Of a stretch of 64,000 bases of DNA, positions 54,406-63,099 are shown piece by piece (position 1 is the stretch's first letter; the number at the start of each line of letters is the position of its first letter). The notes under the pieces were generated by a model that worked only from the letters and a program-made list of their open reading frames with translations, searched no databases and was not told the DNA's origin. Source of the DNA: a virus. The stretch covers positions 128,001-192,000 of the IMG/VR virus record IMGVR_UViG_3300017991_000049; one strand, given 5' to 3'. The translations under genes and the position numbers were made by a program.

Positions 54406-55162
54406 CTACCGTCTCCTTATGGGTTGCAGCCGGACATTCCAGATATCCGACATGACATTTGTAACAGCGGTGGTCATAGTTGTACGGACACTCCCAGTCC
54501 CGTCGGAACCGCTGCTTGATAATGACTCGGTTCCAATTGTTGGGGCCGGACGTGAAGCCGACGTCGGTAAAGCCGGGCTCGCCGGGCCTGCAGCACTCTG
54601 GGTCGATAAGAGCCCAGAGGCGCAGGCTCACCAGTTCGGATATGTGACTCAGTGGATAGTCGCCGCTAGAACGGGAGTAGCCCATCTTGGTGGCGATATG
54701 CCTACAGAATCGCGTCGTCCAGAACTTAGTAATGCGACAAGGGCATGCAGTACCGGCGAGTACGCGCAGCACGAAGCTGCCGCCAGGCTTGCCATACTTG
54801 GTAGTGGCATGTTCATACGAGATGACCTGAATCGGCACCCACTCTTTCTCCTGCTGTAGGTGCCATACTGGTACGGGCACACCACTGCGCAAGAGGTCGA
54901 GATTGCCGGCCAAGCGCCACGACATGTCCTTGATGTCATCATTGGTCAATGTCACCCCGGCCAGGTCGCGGACACTGTCCCATACCGCCTGACGCTTGAC
55001 GCGTCGCAACGCTTTACAGATCGCCGTGACGAACTCCTCGAAGTGGTCACCGCACGGAGCAAATCCGCAGAACTCGGTGAGATCGTCGTTGGTCATCTTG
55101 TCCCGTAGCTTGAGCACACGGGCCAAGTCGTACCGGCGGGATGCGACAGTGAAGTCGTTCAT
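54302..55162 (-). CDS. Hypothetical Cys-rich protein
   Basis: The ORF overlaps the sulfotransferase start by about 100 nt, so its 3' end is uncertain. Confidence 0.35.
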   Translation of the reverse strand: MNDFTVASRRYDLARVLKLRDKMTNDDLTEFCGFAPCGDHFEEFVTAICKALRRVKRQAVWDSVRDLAGVTLTNDDIKDMSWRLAGNLDLLRSGVPVPVWHLQQEKEWVPIQVISYEHATTKYGKPGGSFVLRVLAGTACPCRITKFWTTRFCRHIATKMGYSRSSGDYPLSHISELVSLRLWALIDPECCRPGEPGFTDVGFTSGPNNWNRVIIKQRFRRDWECPYNYDHRCYKCHVGYLECPAATHKETVDAEAEDSGDRDGEVGDDADGSIAESGPGRTHVLA

Positions 55163-55182
55163 TAGACAAGCCTCCGTTAGGC

Positions 55183-55725
55183 TTAGGAAGTTCCGAGAGC
55201 CTTGCGCACGGGCTGCGCAGGCGCGTGTACCACGGGTGCGTCGACGTCCATCAGCGCCTCTAGCTCCGCATCCAGGTCCTCCTGCGTCATTTCCCAGGCG
55301 CCAAGTCCGTGCTTCACCTCGAATAGTCGGCCATCGTTATGCTGGTAGTAGGACACCCACTCCACCGTGCCGTATGATCCAAGGATCGTGTAATCGTCTG
55401 GTGATATCTGTGGAAGGTCCACGATCACCTCCATCATCGACATCAAGCGCTGCGGCGAGCCGCCACTGTTCAGGAAGCCCAGTATAGCTTCCAACACTGA
55501 CTCGTCGCGCGACGGACATGCGTCGTCGAGTGTCAACGCCGTTTGCTCGATGGTGCGCTGGCCGGTCATCAACGAGATATGCGCTAACGTAGCGCCCATC
55601 TCTACGGGCTCTACCCGCAAGTGATAGCCGTCCAGCGCCAGCCTGTGCTCCTCTTTGAGCACATCAGCGGCCTGAATCACTTCGTCGTCAGACATGCGCC
55701 GCTTTGGCTTCCTTGGCAGCCGCAA
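55183..55725 (-). CDS. Hypothetical protein
   Basis: The ORF is well defined. Confidence 0.35.
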   Translation of the reverse strand: MRLPRKPKRRMSDDEVIQAADVLKEEHRLALDGYHLRVEPVEMGATLAHISLMTGQRTIEQTALTLDDACPSRDESVLEAILGFLNSGGSPQRLMSMMEVIVDLPQISPDDYTILGSYGTVEWVSYYQHNDGRLFEVKHGLGAWEMTQEDLDAELEALMDVDAPVVHAPAQPVRKALGTS

Positions 55726-56140
55726 TGATCGGGCGCGTGGAATCGGTCACTCGGTGGAGCCCGTCCCAGGCCTCCACGAGCGCGTCACCAGCGGAGGCCG
55801 TCAAGCTGCGGAACAGCGGCAGGAACTGCAGCAGCTCTGCCTGTGACAGCGTGTTCATGTCCAGCTTCATCTCGCCGGGCGTCGGGCCGTTCTGCGGGAA
55901 CCGTACGATCACGAACGGCAACGACGGCAGGTTCATGGTGTCGTCTACGCCGGTCGCCTCTAACGCCTCCAACGTTGCCAGGACGTCACGGAAATGGCCA
56001 TATGCGGCGCTCTGCCGCTGCAGCTCGATGTTGAGCTGGCCTACGCCAACGGCGTAGTCCTCTAACGTAGCCTGCTGCTGTTGCGCGGGCTGCTGCACAG
56101 GTTGCTGCACAGGCTGTTGCGGCGCCTGCGGCGCTGCCAT
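55688..56140 (-). CDS. Hypothetical Gln/Pro-rich protein
   Basis: The start is uncertain. The long ORF extends to 56374, but the MAAPQAPQQ start at 56140 is more plausible. Confidence 0.3.
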   Translation of the reverse strand: MAAPQAPQQPVQQPVQQPAQQQQATLEDYAVGVGQLNIELQRQSAAYGHFRDVLATLEALEATGVDDTMNLPSLPFVIVRFPQNGPTPGEMKLDMNTLSQAELLQFLPLFRSLTASAGDALVEAWDGLHRVTDSTRPIIAAAKEAKAAHV

Positions 56141-56168
56141 CGGGTTCTGTGGTTGATCCACGATTACC

Positions 56169-56582
56169 TCATTGAATACGTGCAGCGAAGCCGAGCCAGA
56201 AACGGAAGTCTCCGTCGACCTCCTGGATCGGGTCGCCGATGATGATGTGGGTGCGCAGCGCATTGGGCACTGCTTCAATGTAGCGCTGGATTGCATCCAT
56301 CGCACCGAGCATCGCCTTGACCGGATCTTGACTGGTCCGATAAGGCAACAACGGGATGCGAACAAGGTCGCCATCCCTGGTTAGGCTCCACGCCAATGGG
56401 CCGTCTGGCCTCGAGAACTGTAGCGGCTCAGCGCGCGCTTTCCAAATCTCGTTCTCACCGCGGCGAAGCACCTGCTGGATTAGCGGGTTGCCCGTGTGCG
56501 GATCGGTGGGGAGCTCCTCCGCTTCAAGGAACGGAGTCATGTCGAATATTTGTGCAGTGTAGTCACGGGACATGTTTGCCAT
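56169..56582 (-). CDS. Hypothetical protein
   Basis: The ORF is well defined. Confidence 0.35.
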   Translation of the reverse strand: MANMSRDYTAQIFDMTPFLEAEELPTDPHTGNPLIQQVLRRGENEIWKARAEPLQFSRPDGPLAWSLTRDGDLVRIPLLPYRTSQDPVKAMLGAMDAIQRYIEAVPNALRTHIIIGDPIQEVDGDFRFWLGFAARIQ

Positions 56583-57387
56583 CCAGTACGTCGAAGAGTG
56601 TTGGGTGGTTACGGATACGCGGTGCGGGCGCTTCGGGCGGTTCGCACCTGTAAGTTACACCGATCGGCTGTTGAGAAAAACCGCGCCGGGACGCTGTTGA
56701 GCATTTTCCGCTCTCGTTGGCGTTGATGGCCAACCCCGTAGTGAACTTGCCCATCTTGTAGCCATGCTGATGGCACAGGGCGCCAAGCATCACGTCGCCG
56801 CCGTTGTGTTCGAAGTCCTTCGGCGGCCAGTCATGCCGTTTCAGGATATCCGTCCGGATGCACCACCACCCGCCTGTGATGAACGAAATACGGGCATGCT
56901 GCGGCACCGGCTTGCCATTGAACCACGGCTGATCCCTGATGTACTGCGCCTGATGCCCCCGAAGGTTCATCAGGTACGGCGCGCCCACCATGGCATGATT
57001 CTGCATCTTGTCGTCAAGTATGCCGAACCACAGTTGCGGGTCTCGATTGCTGTCCAATAGCCACGAGTCATCGTCGAACCAGATGGTGTACTTCGTATCG
57101 ATGCCTGGGTGCCCGTCGTTCAACGTCGCATCTGGTGTACCGTGGAACATGCGCCGCATCAGCGGATACTTGTAGTACGGCTGCTCTCCACGATACACGT
57201 CGGTGATCGGGACATATATGTGCCGGCGCAGCACAGTCTCAGTATCCCTGCAGACGTTGTTCAACCCGACACGCATGTCGAAGTAGTCGGCCCACCCCGC
57301 ACGACCGAGCGACTCTAAGAGCCGCTCGGCCAAGTCGGGATGTTTGCCGTAGAACAGAGCACAAATTGTGAACTGCTTGTTTGCCAT
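56563..57387 (-). CDS. GT-A fold glycosyltransferase (DxD-type)
   Basis: The DxD motif sits in 'TIWFDDDSWLL'. The N-terminus reads 'FTICALFYG'. Confidence 0.45.
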   Translation of the reverse strand: MANKQFTICALFYGKHPDLAERLLESLGRAGWADYFDMRVGLNNVCRDTETVLRRHIYVPITDVYRGEQPYYKYPLMRRMFHGTPDATLNDGHPGIDTKYTIWFDDDSWLLDSNRDPQLWFGILDDKMQNHAMVGAPYLMNLRGHQAQYIRDQPWFNGKPVPQHARISFITGGWWCIRTDILKRHDWPPKDFEHNGGDVMLGALCHQHGYKMGKFTTGLAINANESGKCSTASRRGFSQQPIGVTYRCEPPEAPAPRIRNHPTLFDVLDGKHVP

Positions 57388-58361
57388 TAGCGATTGACGC
57401 CTACACGGCCCTTGCGTTTCTTGGCTGCCTCTCGCTTCTTTTTGGCCGCAGCGCGCTTCTCACGTGCCTTGCGGTTGCGCTCCTCGTTGAGCGCGACGCT
57501 GTCGTCCTCAGGCTCCTCGCCCGATTCCGTGGCAGCGTCCTCCAGCTCGGCAGCGTTCTGCTCAGCCATTTCGGCCTGCGCAGCCATACGCGCCTCGATG
57601 TCTGCCTCGGTGCCCGCCAGGACCTGAGCCATGGCCGCAGCACGCGTCTGCATGCCTACGACCTGCTCCTTGGTCTCGCGCACGGCGGTGAGCAGCTTGT
57701 CGTTCAGCTTATCGGCCGGGATCTCGTGGATCGTCTTGTGCAGGTCGAAGTTGTCACCAGTCCACGCGTCGTCGTAGTTGGTATTGAACTTCATGGCCTG
57801 CGACTGCACATGCGTCAGACAGCCGCGTGCGGACTGAGGAACCTTGACCTTCGGCTTGTTGGTGCCGCGCTTGGTGCGCTCGCACAGATCACGTACCTTG
57901 GCCCACAGCTCCTCTGCCGTCCACGCCTGTTCGAGGCACGCGGCAGCAAGCTGCATACGGGTATCGAGATCGCCCACGCCGGCAAGGTAAACCAGATGCG
58001 ACCAGCTCAGCATGTTGCCAGCTTCGCCCTGCATCTTGATGTATTCGGTGAACGCCTTCTTCGTGCCGAACGCCTTGCAGACGTTCATGGAGTTACGAAG
58101 CTGGGCGTCCGTCTTGAAGCCCAAGCCCACAGCGAGGCGCGTCAGCACCTTGTTGCCATAGAGCTCTTTCTTACTGGCGGCCTTCCTGTGGACGGCAGCC
58201 ACTTTCTGTCCCAAATCCCAGTACCACAAACTGCTGTCCTTCGTGCGCTGCTGGATGTAGGTATGCAGCTCCTTGAAGGCGGCCTTCTCGGCGTCGGTGT
58301 AGGTGGACTGGGCCTGCAGAGGAGTGTAGTCCTCTATCTTCGCAGGAAGCGTTGTACTCAT
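57387..58361 (-). CDS. Hypothetical protein with Lys/Arg-rich C-terminus
   Basis: The C-terminus reads 'KAREKRAAAKKKREAAKKRKGRVGVNR'. Confidence 0.4.
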   Translation of the reverse strand: MSTTLPAKIEDYTPLQAQSTYTDAEKAAFKELHTYIQQRTKDSSLWYWDLGQKVAAVHRKAASKKELYGNKVLTRLAVGLGFKTDAQLRNSMNVCKAFGTKKAFTEYIKMQGEAGNMLSWSHLVYLAGVGDLDTRMQLAAACLEQAWTAEELWAKVRDLCERTKRGTNKPKVKVPQSARGCLTHVQSQAMKFNTNYDDAWTGDNFDLHKTIHEIPADKLNDKLLTAVRETKEQVVGMQTRAAAMAQVLAGTEADIEARMAAQAEMAEQNAAELEDAATESGEEPEDDSVALNEERNRKAREKRAAAKKKREAAKKRKGRVGVNR

Positions 58362-58369
58362 TTCAACTC

Positions 58370-59473
58370 CTAGAGCTGAACTCTCTTGGCGAGAACGTCG
58401 AACGCCGTGCGCTCTAACTTCTCGCGTATTTCAGGATATTGGCCATCGGCGTCACGCATCAGCATGATCACCACGTCGCGTACCTGGCGCTTGGCGATGT
58501 CGGCAGCTGTTACACTATTGGGTACGAACGTACCCTCAACTCCCATGAAAATCGCCTTCCGCAGCACGTCTTCTGCAAGACTCTTGTCGATGTACTTGGT
58601 CAGCTTGGTTTGCATCCGCGTGCGCTTCGCCTTGTTCAGCTTATCGTCCGCGTTCAGCAAATCAAGTGGCTTAGCCATAACTTCGGCTGCTTGTTTGGCC
58701 ACAAGCGCTGTGGACTCCCAGCTATGAAGCACGCCCGCGAGGGTCGAACCTAGTCGCTTGATGAAGTCTTTGCCGGAGTGCGCCAGATGGCGCAGCTTGT
58801 TCATACACCGTAACGTATGCCCTATCTGTAGGATGGTCGCTCCACGGACGCCACATTCACCGGCTTCGCTGTTGGAGAAATAGGCTCCTCCATACAGCGG
58901 TCCGTCGTCGAGTTCGACGAGTGGTTCTTCCGTCAGGAACGTGACCGCCATGCGGCGGCCAACCAACAGTCCTTCATAGAACTGCATGGGCACTTCGTGC
59001 GAGTCCATCATCTCCTTGACCGCCTCCAGTAGCTGGTGGTTGGGCAGGAGCTGATAGCGTGGGCCAACAATACCGTCGACAACGCCTGATTTATGGTTCT
59101 GGATTATGTCCCGGCCACAAAGGCCATCGGGAGCCCTGAAACGCAGCTCAAGGCAGTCATTGATGATCCCGATCGCTTGGTGTATCGAGGTCGCCGAATC
59201 GTATGCATTGGCGCTGCGGTGTACTCCGGCGATGTCCGCCGCGAGTGACCACAGGCCTTTGGATACGTGACTGCAGAGCTGCCTTATAGCCAGCGGAGAG
59301 AAAGCCGCGCCGTTCGCAAGCAGACGAAAATGTATGGAATCGCCGTCAAGCTTGACAGAATCGACGTGGCTTATCAGCGTCCGCGTGGTGTGCTGGTCAA
59401 TGTCGCGCAGCAGCTCGATGAAGGCATCGAACTCGTGCGCTAGGAATTCATGTCTCTCTGGGATCGCCAGCAT
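58370..59473 (-). CDS. Hypothetical protein
   Basis: The ATG lies 1 nt downstream of motif copy 10. Confidence 0.4.
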   Translation of the reverse strand: MLAIPERHEFLAHEFDAFIELLRDIDQHTTRTLISHVDSVKLDGDSIHFRLLANGAAFSPLAIRQLCSHVSKGLWSLAADIAGVHRSANAYDSATSIHQAIGIINDCLELRFRAPDGLCGRDIIQNHKSGVVDGIVGPRYQLLPNHQLLEAVKEMMDSHEVPMQFYEGLLVGRRMAVTFLTEEPLVELDDGPLYGGAYFSNSEAGECGVRGATILQIGHTLRCMNKLRHLAHSGKDFIKRLGSTLAGVLHSWESTALVAKQAAEVMAKPLDLLNADDKLNKAKRTRMQTKLTKYIDKSLAEDVLRKAIFMGVEGTFVPNSVTAADIAKRQVRDVVIMLMRDADGQYPEIREKLERTAFDVLAKRVQL

Positions 59474-59474
59474 T

Positions 59475-59490
59475 TTGATCTCATGATCAA
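59475..59490 (-). promoter_or_regulatory. Conserved 16-bp motif (copy 10)
   Basis: The sense strand reads TTGATCATGAGATCAA. Confidence 0.45.
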
Positions 59491-59493
59491 AGT

Positions 59494-59976
59494 TTACCAG
59501 TCCTCTGCTGGGCCCAGTCTCTCGATGAAACTGTCGATAGGCTCCAGCAGGTAGTAACCGTCGCGTAGGCGCCAGAAGCGCCCGCTCGCGCCTACCGTGT
59601 AGGGTAGACGATCACCGTACGTGAACACGTGCAAGCCTCCGCGACCGCGCCACGGAAACACCATGCCCACGACCTGGACGTCCTCGTGGGGGTATAGATC
59701 CACGATCTCGTCCATCGCCATCATCAACGCTGACTTTGACGGCCAACGCAACATGGCAACTTCGAGGTCGTCCAGCGCCTTCGGTCCGAACTTATGCGCC
59801 ACCAACTGATACGGTATCGAAGTGTGTGCCACCAGTTGGTCAAAGGTCGTACACGACGCCGCGTCTGGGAGCGCGGCCTTGATTACGATGCGGCGCACTG
59901 CCTCGCGCTCGATCATCGCTGTCTCTCCCAGCTTGGACGCGTCCTCGCCGGGCATCAGGTCTTGCCAATCGGGCAT
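59494..59976 (-). CDS. Hypothetical protein
   Basis: The ORF is well defined. Confidence 0.35.
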   Translation of the reverse strand: MPDWQDLMPGEDASKLGETAMIEREAVRRIVIKAALPDAASCTTFDQLVAHTSIPYQLVAHKFGPKALDDLEVAMLRWPSKSALMMAMDEIVDLYPHEDVQVVGMVFPWRGRGGLHVFTYGDRLPYTVGASGRFWRLRDGYYLLEPIDSFIERLGPAEDW

Positions 59977-60123
59977 TCTCGCTCCTTCTTGGTGTTACCG
60001 GCACAACCTCCACGGCCTTGTCGACGCTGGCGATATGATCCGCCCGCTCTTTGTCGACATAGACCGTCAGAGGATAGCCGTTGTCCTTCCTTGTGACCAC
60101 GTACCAGGTCTCTTCTTTAGCCA

Positions 60124-61536
60124 TTACAGCTCTTCTGGATTCTCGACGGACGAGGTAGGCCACGCTGTGGGTGCCTCAGTCACTGGCTGTGGATACTGCT
60201 CGGGCGTCGGGCCGAGCGCCTCTTGCTCTTCTTGGAGCGACTTCAACTGGCTCACCGTCACGGCGATCGCATCAGCCTGGGCCTCGATATGCTCGTTGCC
60301 CGCCTGCTGCTTCATGTAGTCCACGCCAGGCTGGAAGTACGGCTGCTGCGTGATCTCGCACAGTTCGTACAGATCGGTCAGCACGTCAGGACGCAACTCA
60401 AGCTGCATACCAAGATCGTGCGCAGGCATGGCATCGCTGGACGGCACGCCAAGGCGCTTAGACCAGTAGAGCTTGCCGGCGCTTCCGCCAGACTTCTCGT
60501 GGATGTCGCAGACCTCACGCGCCCGCGGTACGAACGCCTTAGCCTTAGCCTGTGTCATGCCCTGACCGGACGCCAGGAACAGGATGCCAGCCTCCCACCA
60601 TTCGAAGCGGCTGTGGAGCCTGTGGATGCCTGGGGCATCCTCCTGATACCACGTCTTGAACCGTACGTTGATGCGGATGTTGTCCGCGCCGTACGAGTTC
60701 TTGATCGTCTTGAGCATGACCGTGCCGGCCTTGTAGGTGGCGAAGTCCTTGATCTGGCCGATCTTGTCCATCTGGAGAATGGCAGCGCACTGGAACTTCA
60801 GTGCCCACCCGCCAGGGATGTTGTAGTCGATCTGGCCGGTGATCTTGTCTTCGGCGATCTTCATGTGGTTCACGCCCACGAAGGTTATCGGCCATCCGAG
60901 AAGCTTCTGTGGATAGGCGCGCATGAAGTCGGCAATGAGCTTGGCTTCCACCGGGAAGTGCATCCCAGCGTGGCCCTCCTTGTCGATATTGGCCAGCGTC
61001 TTCTCACTAGCCTTACCGGTCAACGAGTCGACGATCATGCAGAACGGATGCTTACGGCCGATATGCGCGTACTTCTCGCAATCCTTCTGCCACTGGGCAG
61101 TGCCCATCAACGTCTTGCGCTGCCAGTCCTCGAGCGTAGCACAGTCCTCTACTTTGACGGCACCGGTGTCCCAGTTCAGCACAGCGTTGCGCATCTCAGG
61201 TGTGGGCTTCGTCTCAGCCTCGTTGAGTTGACCCAGACCACCGCACAAGCGATGCCAACGTAGCATCTCTATGGCGAGCGTGGACTTGTAGCAGCCCTGC
61301 GGGCCAACTACTTGATAGACGCAGCTCATGGGCAAGCCCGTGTTCTGCAGCAAATACCGGATGATGAACGCCGGCACGGGCAGCACTGTAAGCGTATCGT
61401 TGTGACCGACCAGCACGCCCTTCTTCAACAGCTTCTCCTGGACGGTTTCCATCGAACGCGCGAACACCTGGTCCACGGTGATCTCTTCGCCAGTGAGCTT
61501 GTTCTTGACTTCCGTCTTAGACTTACGTTTCGCCAT
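60124..61536 (-). CDS. RecA-superfamily ATPase (UvsX/Sak4-like recombinase candidate) with deviant Walker A
   Basis: 'VVGPQGCYKSTLAIEM' is a deviant Walker A, where RecA has GPESSGKTT. 'MIVDSLTGKASE' matches the RecA 'VVDSVAAL' Walker B region. Confidence 0.5.
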   Translation of the reverse strand: MAKRKSKTEVKNKLTGEEITVDQVFARSMETVQEKLLKKGVLVGHNDTLTVLPVPAFIIRYLLQNTGLPMSCVYQVVGPQGCYKSTLAIEMLRWHRLCGGLGQLNEAETKPTPEMRNAVLNWDTGAVKVEDCATLEDWQRKTLMGTAQWQKDCEKYAHIGRKHPFCMIVDSLTGKASEKTLANIDKEGHAGMHFPVEAKLIADFMRAYPQKLLGWPITFVGVNHMKIAEDKITGQIDYNIPGGWALKFQCAAILQMDKIGQIKDFATYKAGTVMLKTIKNSYGADNIRINVRFKTWYQEDAPGIHRLHSRFEWWEAGILFLASGQGMTQAKAKAFVPRAREVCDIHEKSGGSAGKLYWSKRLGVPSSDAMPAHDLGMQLELRPDVLTDLYELCEITQQPYFQPGVDYMKQQAGNEHIEAQADAIAVTVSQLKSLQEEQEALGPTPEQYPQPVTEAPTAWPTSSVENPEEL

Positions 61537-61550
61537 GATAGATCCTATGA

Positions 61551-61584
61551 AAGAGGCCCCCGCCCGGGACGAACCCGGGCGGGG
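61551..61584 (-). terminator. GC hairpin CCCCGCCCGGG-TTCGT-CCCGGGCGGGG (terminator or attenuator)
   Basis: An 11-bp stem is followed by CCTCTTTCAT. Confidence 0.4.
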
Positions 61585-61601
61585 CGGTGTTTACAAGCCT
61601 C

Positions 61602-63011
61602 TTAGCCGCCTTGCTGGGCGGCTGCGGCTGCAGCACGGTCACGAGCTCGCTGGAGCGCGTCCACTGTGGACTGCGCGCGATTCGTGTCGGCGTGCGTTGG
61701 CTGCGGATCAAAACCCTGGGCCTCGGGAGTAGGCTGAGGCGCAGTGGTTTCCTGTGGCGGCGCCTGCGCAGGCTCCGTGGGCGCAGTGCCCATGGGGTTC
61801 CCAGCTGGCTGCTCCGCAGGCGGTTGGGCCTGCGGGGGCGGCTGCTGTGCAGGCGGCTGGACGGCCGGCATACCGGGATCCGGTTGTGTGGCCGTCGGTG
61901 CAGCGCCCATCGGGTTTCCACCCGCAGGCGCTTGTGGTTCGGTTGCCTGAGCCATCGGGTTTGTGTTCCCGACGCTCTGGAATGGCGTCGTGTTCGGCTG
62001 CGATTGCGCCATGGCCTGATCGCGAATGTGCTCCGGAATCGCTTCCGAGTACACATCGCTCAAGGCGTACATGATCGCCGAAGCCGGGATGCCAGCGCTA
62101 CAGAGCATCTTCACCTGCTCTTCGATGGTGGGGATGCGGATGATCTCATCCCACGGCTTGACGTGAGCAGCGGCCACCTCGCGGACGAGGTCGGACGTCG
62201 GTGCAATACCGTTGTAGGTCGGCATGATCTCGACCTCGTAGGTGTTGTTTACCGGCGCATTACCGCCGCCAACAGCCATGTTGGCGCCCATCTGGATCGG
62301 TGCCGCGTTCTGCGCCGCCTGATTCTGGGTGCCTGCTTGGTGGAACTGGACGAACATGCCGCCGTCAAGCGACACGATGTCGGGCCAGACCCAGTTACCG
62401 TTGGCGTCCTTCTCGCTCAACTTGTCGAGAAGCGCCTCGCCAGCGGACTGGCTCATCAACAGGACGACGGGCTGATGCTCCATCAGACACCCGCGTGGCG
62501 GGTTCTGTGGATTCGACTTATGCTCCATCAGGATGCCCTGCATGACGTAACCGTCCTTCGGGGCGTTGAGTGGAGCCGCGCGGCCAGTCGCTCCAAAGAT
62601 GAGCGGGTTCCAGCTTGGGTCCCCTTGACCGCTCTTGACCGCCTGCGTGATCGACCGGTGCAGCATCCACACAGGGTTCTGCTGGTCGTCCGAGGTCTTG
62701 TCGAGAGGATCCTTCATGATGAAGGTGATCCCCGGAACGCCGAAACTGGATGCCATGTCGTAACGACGGATCCAGTCGCCGAAGTCTCTGTCCTCGTCAC
62801 TCAGACGGAACGGATCCCAGGCTTGGGGGTTATCGGGGTCCTTGCCAGGAAACGGCCGAAATACGGTCCGTGTCCCGTTCCATGTGGGCCGGTAGATTTG
62901 ACAACCGGCGTTCTCCTTCAGGATGTACATACCCTGAAGCCCACGTTGAGAAGCTTGTCCCTCTTGGGACATACGATAGCGGCCAGAAGCCGCCGCACCT
63001 TGGCGTGGCAT
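61602..63011 (-). CDS. Hypothetical protein with long Pro/Gln/Ala-rich disordered C-terminus (SSB-like candidate)
   Basis: The gene lies between the RecA-like gene and the polymerase. The C-terminal 150 aa are low-complexity. The N-terminal domain was not recognised. Confidence 0.35.
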   Translation of the reverse strand: MPRQGAAASGRYRMSQEGQASQRGLQGMYILKENAGCQIYRPTWNGTRTVFRPFPGKDPDNPQAWDPFRLSDEDRDFGDWIRRYDMASSFGVPGITFIMKDPLDKTSDDQQNPVWMLHRSITQAVKSGQGDPSWNPLIFGATGRAAPLNAPKDGYVMQGILMEHKSNPQNPPRGCLMEHQPVVLLMSQSAGEALLDKLSEKDANGNWVWPDIVSLDGGMFVQFHQAGTQNQAAQNAAPIQMGANMAVGGGNAPVNNTYEVEIMPTYNGIAPTSDLVREVAAAHVKPWDEIIRIPTIEEQVKMLCSAGIPASAIMYALSDVYSEAIPEHIRDQAMAQSQPNTTPFQSVGNTNPMAQATEPQAPAGGNPMGAAPTATQPDPGMPAVQPPAQQPPPQAQPPAEQPAGNPMGTAPTEPAQAPPQETTAPQPTPEAQGFDPQPTHADTNRAQSTVDALQRARDRAAAAAAQQGG

Positions 63012-63099
63012 GTTAATGCCTCCATGTTACGAAAGGTTACAAGTTACAAGTTATCGGTTGAAAGTTATGCCTGAATTATGGCACACTGGAGGTCGCGAT

